Source: Heterodontus francisci (Eukaryota). From it: a DNA stretch of 64,000 nt. Both the position numbers and the translations under genes were made by a program. Every line of letters starts with the position of its first letter. Position 1 is the first letter of the stretch. The stretch is from contig NC_090401.1 of the NCBI RefSeq assembly GCF_036365525.1, forward strand, positions 27,101,284-27,165,283, in the 5' to 3' direction. This document shows positions 13,192 through 27,420 of this stretch, one piece after another. The notes under the pieces were generated by a model. The model was given only the letters and a program-made list of their open reading frames with translations. It was not told where the DNA came from and did no database searches.

Positions 13192-13517
13192 GTGGTTAGC
13201 ACCGCAGCCTCACAGCTCCAGGGACCCGGGTTCGATTCTGGGTACTGCCTGTGTGGAGTTTGCAAGTTCTCCCTGTGTCTGCGTGGGTTTTCTCCGGGTG
13301 CTCCGGTTTCCTCCCACAAGCCAAAAGACTTGCAGGTTGGTAGGTAAATTGGCCATTATAAATTGTCACTAGTATAGGTAGGTGGTAGGGAAATATAGGG
13401 ACAGGTGGGGATGTTTGGTAGGAATATGGGATTAGTGTAGGATTAGTATAAATGGGTGGTTGATGGTCGGCACAGACTCGGTGGGCCGAAGGGCCTGTTT
13501 CAGTGCTGTATCTCTAA
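13192..13517 (+). mobile_element. HE1-type tRNA-derived V-SINE, slightly 5'-truncated
   Basis: B-box ggttcgattc, V-domain (gtgtggagtttgca.gttctccc...gggtgctccggtttcctccc), CR1-like tail gggccgaagggcctgtttcagtgctgtatctcta. Confidence 0.9.
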
Positions 13518-13714
13518 TCATTGTATTTCAATGTTAAAGACACTATAAAATGCATGTTGTTCTGGATATTTTCACATCATATTTGTGTTGTCTTTTGCTA
13601 GAACTATCCAAGACTAAACCCATTGCCCAGCATATTCCCCAATACCTTGCATATTCCTGTGTTTCAATTATATATTCACTTTTCCCTTAAAAGATTCGCT
13701 GCTCCAACAATACA

Positions 13715-14165
13715 AACACTGCAGCCAATTTGTGTACAAATTGGTCCCACAAAGAGCAGTGTGATAATGATTAGATCATCTGTTTTAGTATTGTTAATTC
13801 ATGGATAAATATTGGCTAGGACACTGGGAAGAACTCTCATCAGATAGGTCTGATGAAAGTTCATATATCTGAAATGTTAACTCTGCTTGTCTCTCCACAG
13901 ATGCTGCCTGACCCGTTGAGTATTTTCAGCATATCTGTTTCTGTTTGATTTCCAACATCCGCAGTATTTTGTTTTTGTAGTGGAAATAACCCCCCTGCTC
14001 TTCTGTGCCACAATTTCAAAGATTCTTTTGTATCCAACTTCGAGGGCAGACAGGACCTTGGCTTAACATCTCATCCAAAATATGACACTTCCAACAGTGC
14101 AGCACTCCCTGAACACTGCCCGTGCAGTGGAGTGGCAGCCTAGATTTTGTGGATGAGTCTCTGAA
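13715..14165 (-). mobile_element. DeuSINE (SacSINE1/AmnSINE1-like), interrupted by a PLE-tail insertion
   Basis: Reverse complement of the Deu-domain seen at 24790-25118 (gataaatattggctaggacac; ctgctcttc...aacatctcatccaaaa). Confidence 0.7.
13837..13980 (+). mobile_element. Short Penelope-tail insertion headed by a degenerate hammerhead motif
   Basis: ctgatgaaag...gaaatgttaactctg...ctctccacagatgctgcctgacc; small 5' fold-back tcatcaga-tagg-tctgatga; degenerate flanking repeat tgggaagaactc/tggaaataaccc. Confidence 0.75.
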
Positions 14166-16226
14166 ATACAGCCAAACTGTATTAAGATATATAACTGTAT
14201 TTACTCTCTCCCATCACACCAAGAAAGATGGAAGTAACATTCCATAGGTCAAATAAAGTTATATATCTGAAGATCATCTCTTGATATTTTCAGCAGAACA
14301 TTTTAAATCTATTTTAGAATTAGTTTTCTGCCATTTTTTAGAGGATGAGAATTTTACTTCTGTCTCAAGTACCAAGCTTAAGCAGAAAGAGCTGCTCAAG
14401 AGATGATTCTCAGATACAGAACATTGACTTCAAAGGAAAAACTGTTGCAGTCTGTGCATTAGTCACAGTGTGCATCAAATGTATATCAGATGATGGATGT
14501 ACCATTGTCTTTTTCTCACCCATTAGTAAAAGTTAAAATGATCCGATTGATGGCGGAACTCTCCTAATGTGAAAAGCAGGCCAAACTACTTCTAACTTAT
14601 AATATCCGATATAAAGTACAAAGTGAGGAGGAAGTGCAGGGTTGAGGCTGGAAGCTCACTTTCCTGTACAGAATAATGTTGAATGGCATTGAAAAATAAT
14701 TCTCCAGGAGAATATTTTAAGGAGTAGATTCCTCCTTTCTGCAGTTCCTGCTCTGATTATTTGTAAATTTTCAAATATCTTGAATATAACCCTAGAGCAA
14801 CAAATAGAAATGTAGAATAAACAGCAGTTTCACCATTTCTGTTTGCTGTTGTTGGATGACTGAAGCTGCTGCAACAGGATTTCGAAGAAGTCAAATGAGC
14901 AGAGTTTTTTTTATTATACCCAAGGATCTATATAAATGGGGAGGGGGGGAGACATTCATTTTGATTCATGAACTGTAAGTTTAAAACAAAATCATTTTAC
15001 ATTGCATTAAAGTTGCACGGTACATTGGAGCCAGTCAGAGGGGAAAAATGCAATATGCTGTTATTGTGAGCTTTTATGTTGCAATCCTCAGACATGAAAT
15101 TAAATTACCATCACGTATCTAGTAATAGCTTTAGCTGTGATCTTTTGATTTGTTCTGCAGTACAATATTTTTCACAGTCTAAACAAAATGGGACAGTTAA
15201 AAGCCATTAAAAAAAATGTGCATTGCTTATCACTCCAAGTTCTGATGTGTACAGAGCAGCTTTAGAAAACTGAAGTGACTTTCACCTCTAAAAGCTATTT
15301 TAAGTGTGGTTTATGCATGCCATGAATGAAATGAGTGTCACCTTCTCAGTCTAGATCTCAGTCAAACTTTCAACGATTAAGTTATTTTGTTCAGAAAGTA
15401 AGTTAGAATTAGCAGCTGTCGGCAGTGATGCTGTTCTTCTAGTGCAGGATATGAGTAAACACACTGTTAGTCAGTATACTATAAGGAGGGAACTTTTATG
15501 TGTGATTATCATTATACCTATACTTCAAAGTACTTCCTTGGCTATAATGCACTTTTGGATATCCTAAGGTCATGAAAGGCACTATAGAAATGGAAGTACG
15601 TTCTTTCTCTATCTGCTTGAGTGCAGTACATTTCTGTTGGGTACAGAGAGCATCTCATTCACTGGAAAGGTAGATTTTCAAAAATATAAAATAAACTGTG
15701 ATCAAGGGGTGTTAATATATTGAGATGGTCATAATTTTGGGACTTTGCAATTGCCCAGTGATTAAGTGAGGGTTTAGCTTTTATGCCTATTTTGTGGACA
15801 TTGCGGTTATCAAGTGTCCATGTGATTTACTCCAGTACAACTATGGTTAAAGAGTAATGCCTGAAGACAGAAATGCAGGAAATTTGTACAGTTTTATATT
15901 TCATTCCTGCATAGTGTGCATTCATTTGACTAATTGTAACAGGTTGAATCATAAGGTATGAAATGGGAAAGGGCCATTAACTGCATGATTTTTACTACTT
16001 TGGAATTTCTCACTTTGAGACAACATTCACCAAATAATTACAGGAAAACTTGGTACTGCGGCTTATAAAACTTTTGATGAGTTGCTAATATTGCTTCTTT
16101 ACCAAAACTTTGCTTCCAAATATACAGTAAAATCATTCTTGCTGAGAGGAAGAAAGACTTTAATTTATACAGCGTCCTTCAGGACAACCAGACATCTCAA
16201 AGCACTTTACACACAAAGAAGTACTT

Positions 16227-17430
16227 TTATACCTCATTATAGCCTTGGTCCAATGAAGGAAAAAAGAGCTGAATTCCAGAGTTGTGATGAGAGTGACTGC
16301 CCTTGACATCAAGGCAGCATCTGAATGAGTGTTTTCCAAGGAGCCCTAACAAAATTGAAGTCAATGGGAAGCAGATTGAAAACGCTCTGCTAGTTGAAGT
16401 CATACCTAGCACAAAGGAAGATGGTTGTGGTTGTTGGAGGCCAATCATCTCAGCCCCGGCACATCGTTGCAGGTGTTCCTCAGGGTAGTGTCCTGGGCCC
16501 AACCATCTTCAGATGCTTCATCAGTGACCTCCCCTTCAACTTAAGGTCAGAAGTGAGGATATATGCTGATGATTGCATAATGTTCAGTACCATTTGCAAC
16601 TCTTAAGATACTGAAACAGACCCTGCTCGCATGCAGCAAGACCTGGACAACCTTCAGGCTTGGGCTGATAAGTGGCAAGTAACATTTGTGCCACACAAGT
16701 GCCAGGTAATGACCATCTCCAACAAGACAGAATCTAACCATCTCCCCTTGACATTCAATGGCATTACCATTGCTGAATCCCCCGCTATCAACATCCTAGG
16801 GGGTTATCATTGAACAGAAACTTAACTGAACCAGCCACATAAATACCGTGGCTGCAAAAGCAGGTGAGAGTTGGGAATTCTACATCACCTCCTGACTTCC
16901 CAAAGTCTGCCCACCATCTACAAGGCACAAGTCAGGAGTGTGATGGAATACTCTGCACTTTCCTGGATGGGTGCAGCTCCAACAACATACAAGAAGCTCA
17001 ACACCATCCAAGACATAGCAGCCCGCTTGATTGGCATCCTATCCATCGGCGCACAGTAGCAGCAGTATGTACTGGCTGCAAAATGCACTGCAGCAACTCA
17101 CCAAGGCTCCTTTGACAAGACCTTCCAAACCTGCAACCTCTACCACTTAGAAGGGCAAGGGCAGCAGACACATAGGAAGACCACCACCTGCATGTTCCCT
17201 TCCAAGTCATACACCATCCTTACTTGAACTATATCGCTGTTCCTTCACTGTTGCTGGGTCAAAATTCTGGAACTCCCTCCCCAACAGTACTGTGGGTGTA
17301 CCTACACTGCATAGACTGTAGCGGTTCAAGAAGGTGATGCACCACCACCTTATCAAGGGCAATTAGAGATGGGCAATAAATGCTGGCCTTGCCAGTGATG
17401 CTCCCATCCTAAGAATAAATCATAAAAAAA
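16227..17430 (+). mobile_element. CR1/L2-group LINE 3' part (RT), second family
   Basis: [58 protein letters not shown]; A-rich end near 17425. Confidence 0.88.
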
Positions 17431-17745
17431 AGAGTGCAATAAAGTCAGGGCTTCTTTGAAATAGGTTCCAGGACTAACCTCCTAGATGTATAATGCACTT
17501 CATGGTCACAGGCACAATAAGGTCTTGATTAATGTGCTGAAAAGAGAATTGTAGAAAATAATTGAAAACTATTCCAAAAATTGGTTCAGAAGAAATGAAT
17601 AATAATTTTGTGGTTCACGGCGAAGGAACAGTACTCAACTTTGACCTTGAATAAAGTTGTCCACAAAGTATTAGAGGACTCTGGAGAACAGACTTCATCA
17701 ATTCCAACATCAGTTTGAATTTGGCACCTTCTACAAGGGATCAAT

Positions 17746-18642
17746 GAGCCGGAATTTTTGTTATGGGGTCGTGAAACTGACGTCCGGAACATTTCCAGGG
17801 CCCAACTCTGTACTGCATCAGCGTCAGTGATGCGGTGCAATTTTCATCTGTAAAAGATATAATTGGCCACGGGATGAGTCTAACTCCCAAATTTGAGGCA
17901 CTGAACGTGTCCTGGATGCAGGAACAGGTTACTGAGGGGCATTTTAAAAGACAAGCAGCAGCCATGACTGGGCTTGCTGTTTCCTTCAGAAATGCAGCAC
18001 CAGGGAGATCGGAGGGCCTGTATTGACATGGGCATGCGTGCCTGGGAAGCACCAAGTTTCTCTGATGCCTCACTGGAGGTGCTGATTGATGTAGGCTCAC
18101 AGAGGAGAGAGCTCTTTTTCCCAGCCTCAGGAAGGAGGAATCCACCCAGCGAGACCAAGAAGGCTTGGATGGAGGTGGCAATGGTGGTCAGCAGCTGGGG
18201 ACCCGGAAGAAGACCTGGGTCCAATGTAGGAGATTCCTACCACTCACCATTGAGAAAAGCAAGTCTTTCAGCTCTAGCAATTGCTGCTCTGTGGCACTTT
18301 TGGAGCAGCTGAACTTTATGTTGGATCTTCACATTATGTTCATCAGCCCTTCCCATAGCTCTCATGGCCCTCCGCATTGTTCACATCTTCTACACTTTGC
18401 AATGTTCCAGACATGGCGTTTTCCCTGTGCCCTTCCACTGAAAATCACAAACTGCTGTTAATGAGCTCCACGGGTGAATAATTGGAGGCACGCGGGCTTG
18501 CCATTACTTCCCTTCTTGTGTCTCTTTAAAAATAGCTTTGCGTTCCGGCGGCGGTGGGAGCCAGTGCTGACCTCTGAGAACGCGATCTTCAAATCGCGTG
18601 CACAGCTACTTTCACTCCAAATGGACTTTGAAAATCTGGCCC
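17746..18642 (+). mobile_element. Non-autonomous Harbinger derivative retaining a Myb/SANT exon
   Basis: TIR-like gagccggaatttt and gaaaatctggccc; APSFSDASLEVLIDV...RRELFFPASGRRNPPSETKKAWMEVA...WVQCRRF at ~18030-18240. Confidence 0.75.
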
Positions 18643-20525
18643 CTAGTGCCAACCAATAGGACAGGCAGCAGGCAGGCTGCTCAACCAATCAGATTGGAGA
18701 ATTGTCACAGACAACAAAGGAGAAAGTAAAAAGCATGGAATATAAATCATATTTAAATTATGGTACAGAAAGCAAAATAAAGATTGGGACCTACAAATGT
18801 GACAAAGGGAAAAACTTAAATAGAAAAACACAAACATTAAAAAATTATATTTAAAAATCTGCAACATTAAATTTTCTTGGGGAATAAGACTCCACATGAT
18901 GAATTCTGTGATTGTATAAAACTGCTAGAGTTGATGTTTGTTCAGACTTGCATACCAACCTCGAAAAATAGCAAACTGATACAGACCCAAATGAACTGAT
19001 AATGCAGTAGGGCACAATTATCATAATTTAAGGTGGAATTTTGGCCAACATTCCTTCACTTGTATAGCAGAAACTTGTGTCAATAAATGATTCTTGAAGA
19101 GGAATTCTGGCTATAGTGGATATGTGTTGTAAATCTGATAAATTATTGGCACATTGTCAGCCTTGACTCAATGAAAACACTCTGGTCTCTGAGTCAGAAA
19201 GTTGTGAAAAATGAATTACCTGCACAAGATGGATTGCTCTTGTGAGGCATCCTTCTAATGATTGATCTCACTTCAACCCAAGATGCTAGGAAACAAGGGG
19301 CCATGAAGTGTATAGCGTTCACTCGGCAGGCTCTGGTAGCTTGACTTAGGTACACAATGTGAAGTTTCTCAGAACTGTCCTGAGGGAAAGAGTTAATAGA
19401 AAGAGGACAAGACCAGTCAAACTCATGATGCTATCTGCTCTGCTGAGTGACCCTTGTAATACGACCGATGTATTCAACTGGAAAGGCAACACTTCTCTTT
19501 TGGCTGTAGGTGACTTATTGCATTTCAGCTGAGCTGCAGCATTTACAAGACATTGTGTAAAATTCAATATCAATAGCTGGTAATGTCAAATCAAGGAACA
19601 CTTATTAGCCCTAGATTCTGAAATAATATAGATTTAAAATTTTAGCAATTTTAGCAGGTACAATTTTGCATATGTGCCCCTGTATTTTTGGCATAAAAGG
19701 GGCATAAATCATACCTATTTAGTAGTTGCACAGTTTTTGTTCAGTTTACACAGGTGTTAGTTCCATTGCAAAATTCATGGCTCATTTCTTGGGAATTCTG
19801 GGCAGATACCAAGACCAAGTTCTCCAAAGCCTCCAATTTAAATATCACAAACTTGTGTTTAAATCCCTCAGTGGTCCCATACCACCCTGTGTCTGAAATT
19901 TCCCAAGCCCAACAAAGCCCTTACCTTTAACTCTGCCCTTTCAATTCACCAAATCATTCAGGCACTTCTGGTCACAGTTTCTGATATCTCCTTTGACTCA
20001 ACTTCCATATTTGGTTGTGCCTTTGTGAACCACATTGAGATGCTTTGCTATGTTAAACATGTTGTATGAATCCAAGGTGTTGTTGAATTCATCCAGTGAG
20101 GAGCTGAGCAATAGTCGCAGATTTGATAATTGTTCTGTGCTTGGGTAGCTGACCTTACTAACTAGTAAGTAATTTTAACTAAAGCAACAGCACAGTTATT
20201 TAAATTCTGCTTGTGCTGTGGGTTTGGGAGCAATAAAGCAACTAGTGTTCCCACACTTAATTGTGAATTAGTAACCCTAGCTGGGCTTTGTCGCAAGAGC
20301 ATTTTTGTAGGTTAAGTTTCTTGTACAGTGTAAATTTTAGTTCACTGTAATAATCAATTTTAAAGTGTGTGCAATCCTGGCATGACACATGGCTGTTTCT
20401 ATGACTTAATGAACTGCTTTTGACTGCCTGGCCTATATCTATAACTGCCTAATTCAGATCTTTTTTTAAAAGGAGAAAGACTCCAATTTTAATCCCCAGG
20501 AGAGGTGGAATTTCTTTGTGTGTAA

Positions 20526-20672
<147 letters not shown>

Positions 20673-21300
20673 TAATCTTATATTCTTCGATTGAGATATT
20701 ATCTTGGTCTTTTTTGTGTTGTATTGCTGCAACTTATAATTTTAAAGTCATCCAAGAAAACAATTAGATGTTACAGTAAAACAGAAGTCCCATATTTTTC
20801 ATGCTGTGGAGTACAAAAGGGATATCACATTTTTGTTTGTTGAATATTGAAAATGGGAGAAAAAGAAAATGACCTATTCACAGTTACTTTAAGAAAATTC
20901 ATGTATTCAAGACAAAAGTTTGAACATTATGCTATTTTTTCTTATTTTGAATGTTTCAATATTTGTGCAGGTACAAGTGCATTATGAGAAGTGTATGGTG
21001 CAGTATGCATTTTTAAATGCTGGTAGCAAAAAGAATCTGAAAATGTGGTGTTGACTCTGGGAGATTGGTTGATTAAGGCGTAATTATATTCCCACAATAA
21101 TCAAGAAGAAAAGAGTCAAATTGTACCTGTACAACTCTGATAAAGACTTGGAATTCCTCAAGCAAATCTTTTTGGAACAACTATTTACCCAAACAGTGTG
21201 ACCCCTTCATACTTGTAGCTTTGACTAGTCTGGAATCATCCGGAATGAGCCATTAATTGGAAACCGTTTCTCGTTCCAAGAATCCCAAGCTCATATCAGT

Positions 21301-21397
21301 GGGGTGAATTTTCACTTTTACTACCGGTTTTTCATTTCCATAGACCCACGACCACCTGTTTTCAGGGAAAACAGCAGGGGAAATGAAAATTCACCTC
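21301..21397. mobile_element. 97-bp MITE with Harbinger-like TIRs
   Basis: ggggtgaattttca ... tgaaaattcacctc; 3-bp flanks agt/aat. Confidence 0.7.
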
Positions 21398-23495
21398 AAT
21401 GTATTTTTGGTCAATTTTCCTAGAATTCCAGTACAAACAACTTCAACTTTTCCAGAATTCAACATTGTGGTTTAAAATACCATTTTTCCTACACTATATT
21501 TTAGGAGGGCAAAAGCAACCTATGTATGAGTCCAGTATAATCAACCATAAATGACACGAATGCCACTAACATAAGAGATGTACTGCATCTATTAACATGG
21601 TGTGTCATGCTCTCAAATACTGGCTCCTTTGGTATGGTGGACTTATAGCTTACTCACATTATCCTGTATATGCACAAGTAAAAGTAACCAAGATTTGTGT
21701 ATTGACATGATTCTGGTTTTATTTGAAAATTACAAGTTAATTTAGTGTGCCAAATGAAAATTAATGAGTAAACAGATTCTTTTGAAAGGAAATGACAGAT
21801 TAGGTGACTTTGATTAATTTGTACAGCAATAGCTACCGAGATCTGAGTTGTACACCAGCCATATGTTGCCAGATGTTTTGCCACTTAGCAGCTTGCAACT
21901 AATGTGTATTGTTTGGCCATGCTGGGACCAGAGATGACCTGCCAGACATCTGTTAATCAAAATCAATCGTTGTTTAGTAAGGGAATTCACTAGCATATAG
22001 GTGATTTGGGTTGCTGTCTTTAAAAAAAAACAAAGAACATCATGAGGCTGCAGCCAAAGAGGGAGAGGGAAAGTGAGGGATAAATTTAGTAACACTCAGA
22101 GTAAAGCTCAAATGGGGAAGACTTCATCTTTTAATAATTTGTATTGCAATAATAAATGTGTATTTAATATTTACGTTTGCAATTTCACAAAATTTGTGAG
22201 ACAGTTTCTCAATTGTTTTCCTGGTCGTTTGAACTGCATAAATTATTTAAACCATGAAATACACCCAATAATAAGACTCTTTAAGGATGCATACTCCAGC
22301 TTGGTTTACTTTTTGATTGATTTGCAACTAGATGTTGCAACTATTGTAACTGCATCTTAGAGTAGTTTGTGTGGCAAATAAACTTTCTGGTAGTTGCAGC
22401 AGATACTGAACGTCAGTAGGATTTATCCCATTGTTTAGACTTGGCAATAGATACTCAGTAGTTATTATTTAATGGGATAAGATGTGGCAGACATGATATG
22501 ACATTCTTGTTCTTTTATTCTCATTTTTTAACTGATGATTCTTTCACAGCAGTGACATTCTGTGGTAAAGATGCTGATTTAAATCTGTGATGATTCAGTT
22601 TAGTCAAATATTTGAAACGGGAGTTTGCTCAACAACCCGTTCATATGCAAAATACTGAACAAACAATTCACTGAAAAGTGATACTAGTGAGATTTTTCAA
22701 TGGAATTTATGATTTTCACACAATTGCTGAGGGGAAAAACGTAAGGTTAGAAACACACTTCAATGTTTGTTGTACTGTTGTAAAGATGTCAGCAATATAA
22801 TGTAGAAGAGAGGCTGAACAAAGAGATCAGATGTAACTGCAGTAATTTACTGAATCTAAACCACTGAGTTGAATAACAAGATTAAATTATTAATTTTCTG
22901 TTGAATCTTTAAAGAGGAAGTCTTTTACCAGAACTATCTTCAAAAATCACAGGCTCGAAGAAGTATGATTAAGATGAATGCCCCCTAGTCTGTCTTAATC
23001 AATTTCAGAATATTTATGATTCCTCAGTAGCATTTCTTTTCAAAATATAGTCGTCATCAGAAAAACAAAACTTTAAACAAACCTTTGGATACATCACCTA
23101 CCAAGATCTTCTCTTCATTGTTATATTGCTAAAAATATATTAATGACTCATTAAAACTGCTGGAAAAATATGTTGTAACTTTTAATGATCACTTTTACCT
23201 CATTTCTTCAGCTGGCAGTCAGCCCAACAGTTATAAGGAAACACTAGTCCATTTTGTAAAAACACTATTAGAAATTTGAATGAAATCTCTGCATGTGAGC
23301 AATGTTCTCAAAATCCATAGGAACATCAAATATTTTATGAAAGTGTTGCAAAATTATTGACTGCATGTAACAGAATATGGTAAAAATGCTAGCACACGTA
23401 ATTAAGAGGAATGTGGCTACATGGTGAGAGAAATGTTTAGATGGCAGAATGCCAAGGCTAGGGAAAAAAGGCCACTTCTCAGACTGGAAAGATAT

Positions 23496-23975
23496 GGGCC
23501 AGGATTTTGTCTTGGCAATGGGGTTCTCAACCACCAACAAAAGCATCGTCGAGAGCCCCCGGTCGCCTCCTCTGGGGAAGGTCTGCCAAATCAAATGCCA
23601 ACGGGTCACTTAAGTGAACAGCAGTAGCCCTTCCCAGGATCAAGGACCCCAGTGACAAAGGCCCGCATGCCGAGAGCTAGCAGCCAATCAGATGCTGGCA
23701 GCTCTTTAACTGAGCAGCGCCACAGCAGAGGCAGTGGCTGCTGCTGGTACTGGACTCAACTGAGGCCCTGGACCCAGGACACCGGTAAGTCACAGCAGGA
23801 GGGGTTTTGCAGGATGGGGGTTGTGGGGGAGGGGAGTGTAGGGGGGTCAGCAGCAAGGGCAGTGGGGTGGATCTCAGTAGTCCCACCATCTCCCCCCTTC
23901 CCGATGTCGGGTCCCTCGTTCAGGCACTGTGCCTTTTAATGAGGGAAACCCCCACCCCCACTGGAGCCAGCAAGG
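23496..23975. mobile_element. Fragment of a GC-rich Harbinger-type non-autonomous element
   Basis: Starts gggccaggatttt, similar to the other TIRs in the window; abrupt GC-rich island; second TIR not found. Confidence 0.45.
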
Positions 23976-24789
23976 TTTTAATAATGTGGTCTCGAACACA
24001 TCTGCAGAAACATGGGGCAAATGATTGCACAAGGCAGGTACAGTAAAGAGTAGAAATGCAGTGGTCATAGGGGATTCTATAGTTGGGAATTGGCAGCTGT
24101 TTCAGCAACCATCAATGTAAATCTCAAGGTGAAGAGATTTTCTTTTTACAAAGTAGCTTGTTAGGAGCATGAAATGCTTTGCAGTAGGGAATGGTTAATG
24201 CAGAGACCAGTGCATCTTTTAAGAGAAAATTCGATAAATGTTTGTAGCAGTATTGATGGAAGCCTACAAAGAGAGAGCAGGCAGTGGCATTGGTTTTGAT
24301 TGCCCTGGGAAAGAGACAGCACAGACACAATAAAGTGAATGACTTCCTGCTGTCCTGTAAACCTTTGTGGTTTGAGCACGATGGAATGCCCTGTCGGAAA
24401 GAATCGTGGAAGCAGAATTCATGGTACTTTGTATGAAAGAAATGAATAAATACTTGAAACAAGATTAAAGGTCATGAGGAAATTGAAAGTGGATAGCATT
24501 TTCAAGAGAGGTGGCATAGGTACAATGGATGGAAAAGACTCTTCTTGTGCCAGAAAATTCTAATATAAAACACAATTAGTGAAAGCACAAATTGTTGGAA
24601 ATGCACTTCCTAGCCTTTCCCAAAATGCATAAATTAGCATCTAAAATAGAAACAAGAGTTTTGCAACCTTAAGTAAACTTTTGGCTATTTCAGACACGCT
24701 CCAACCTTCTAGCCTTATCTCACTCCTATTTGTTAGCTATGAGCTATTTCTTATTGACTACGTCTACAAGCATGGGCATCATTTGTATG

Positions 24790-25118
24790 AATGCAGTGTG
24801 GGGGTGCCGTCTTTCAGATGAAATGTTAAACTGATGCCCTATTTGCCCTTTCAGGTGGACATAAAGGATCCCAAGGTACTTTTGGAAGAAGAGCAGGGGA
24901 GTTCTTCTCATTGTCCTCGGCCAATATTTAGCACTGAGACAGAATATCTGGCCATTATCACATTGCTATTTGTGGGATCTTGCTATGTGAAAATTAACTG
25001 CTGTATTTCCGACATTACATTACACTACTGATTAAACTTCAAAAGTACTTCATTGGCTGTAAAGCATGTTGGGCTGTCTGACGTGGGGAAAGATGTTATC
25101 TAAATGAAAATCTTTCTT
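24790..25118 (+). mobile_element. DeuSINE (SacSINE1-like)
   Basis: Deu-domain ggtgccgtctttcagatgaaatgttaaac...caggtggacataaaggatccc...gaagaagagcaggggagttct and tail cttcaaaagtacttcattggctgtaaagc. Confidence 0.8.
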
Positions 25119-26539
25119 TATAAAGGCCAGCCTCGAGATATTTTTGAATCACTCTGTGAGCAGAGGCTAATGATGAGATCAGAGACATCATCGATGACGA
25201 AGTTGATCTTCTCCAAGAGAAACAACTTAGTTACACATAAAGCAAAGGGCAGCATGGATAATGCTGGGCACTACCCACATATGGGCATATAAAATTGAGG
25301 GGCAGGGAAGACCAGCTTGTCCTTCGAGCCTGCTCCAGCGTGAGCAAGGACCAGGGCTGTAGCTTCATTGCCCCAATATGTTGATCTCAGTGATAGTATC
25401 TCCCACCATTGGCAGGGATTGCAAAGCAGAGAAGGAAATCCCTCAATCCCACCTCCCGCAGGGCTTTCTTCTACCACCTGTCCAGTTAGAATATAGTCCT
25501 GGTCACAAGTGGGTGCAAGGTTCTCAGTGAACCTCTGTGGTACAGTGGGAGGTGAGGAAAAGAACTTGCAGGCCAGAAAATATTTCAAAAACCTGGAATA
25601 AAAAGATTTTCATTAATCATTTGCTCGACTCAATTTTTAAGTGGAGGCCCTGGAATTCTGATAAGGCTGTCGGGTGGGGGTGGGTGTGGGGGTGGGGGGG
25701 GGGGGTGCGATGGTGGTGAGGCACGTGGTGGGCAGCAAGAGTAAAACTGCCCTCTGATACAATCAGCACCACTCCATTGTACCTCCTTGGAAAAGAGGCT
25801 GCTTTAACAGGGAGGCAGTTATTCTATTCATTGGAACACTGCACTTGTCCAATAACTGATTTTCAGGCATTAGGATTCAGAGGCTTGAAAAGAAGTCAGG
25901 AAATAGGTGAGGAGTCTTGATCTAGGTTTGAATATCCAGGTGAAGTCACTTTGTGGGAAGGGAAATTCCCCATTTCCAGTTGACTGTGCCAATGAATTCA
26001 CTCACCATTTCCAGTGTGTCAAAGGTGCTGGAACTGATCTTTCTATGTTGTGAGGCTGAGAATTTGGCCATAGAATTGTGATTGTGTCTATAACTTTGAG
26101 CAGTCTGTGCACTGAGACTGTTGCAGCAAATGAGGGAGGATTGAGTAGGATAACCAAAACCGGTACGGCCTAAAAGAGGTTGATCTGTTAAGAACATCAG
26201 AGCATAATAAATAAGAGAAGGAGTTGGCCATACAGCCCCTCGAGCATTTCAGTAAGATCACGGCTGATCTTCGACCTCCACTCCACTCTCCCACCCGATC
26301 TTCATTATTGTCATTATCAGCTGAGATTAAAGCAGAAGAAAGATTTTCAGTAGCTGTGCGTAATGGGAGATGGAAACTCATTGCAGGATACCAAATTCAT
26401 GAAACGCTGGATGTGAATGCAGTGTGGTGCCCAAGTAAGAGTTAACACTGAGTATCAGTCCTGGGGGTGAGCGTGAGGCACTGAGTGCCTGTCTGGCAGG
26501 TGAGAGGCGGGTACTGAGTGTCTGTTCTATGAAATTAAG

Positions 26540-27420
26540 GAAACTACAAAGACATGAGAGGCAAGTTGGCTGTGGTGGATTGGGAAAATACACCAGAAGA
26601 TTTGACGAGACAGGCAATGGCTAGTATTTAAAGACGTATTTCATGGTCTGCAACAAATATGCATTCCTCTAAAACACAAAAGCCCAATAGGAAAGATGAA
26701 TCAACCATGGCTAACAAAAGACATTGTAGATTGTATTAGATCAAAGGAAATAGCTTATAATATTGCCAGAAAAAGTGGTAAGCCCAAGGATTGGGAGCAA
26801 TTTAGAATCAAGCAAAGGATGACCAAGAAACTGATAAAGAAAGTGAAAAGAGAATATGAATACAAGCTAGTGTGAAACATAAAGGCGGCCTGTAAAAGTT
26901 TCTTTAGGTATGTGAAAACAAAAACATTAGCAAGGACAAATGTGGGTCCATTACTGGTGAGGACAAGAGAATTTATAATGGGGAATAGGGAAATGGCAGA
27001 GAAACTAAAAAAATTACTTTGTGTCTGTCTTCATGCAGAAAGATACAGAAAATCTCCCAGAAATACTAGGGAACCAAGGGACTTGTGAAAATGAGGAACT
27101 GAAAGATTGAAGGTTGATAAATTCCCTGGGCCAGATGAGCTACATCCCTGAGTATTGAAGAAGATGGCTGTAGACATAGTGGATGCATTGGTGGTTATCT
27201 TTCAAAATTCAATAGATTCTGGAAAGGTTCCTGCAGACTGGAAAGTAGAAAATGTAGCCCTACTATTTTAAGAAAGGAGGGAGAGAGAAAACGGGGAATT
27301 ATAGACCTGTTAATTTGACATCAGTAGTAGAGAAAATGTTAGAACTATTATAAAGGATGTGATAACTAGACACTAAGAAAATAATATGATTGGGCAGAGT
27401 CAACATGGATTTATGTAAGG
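26540..27420 (+). mobile_element. Decayed CR1 ORF2 internal fragment
   Basis: Encodes remnants DKFPGPDELHP, DWKVENVALLFKKG, GNYRPVNLTS, QHGFM. Confidence 0.8.
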
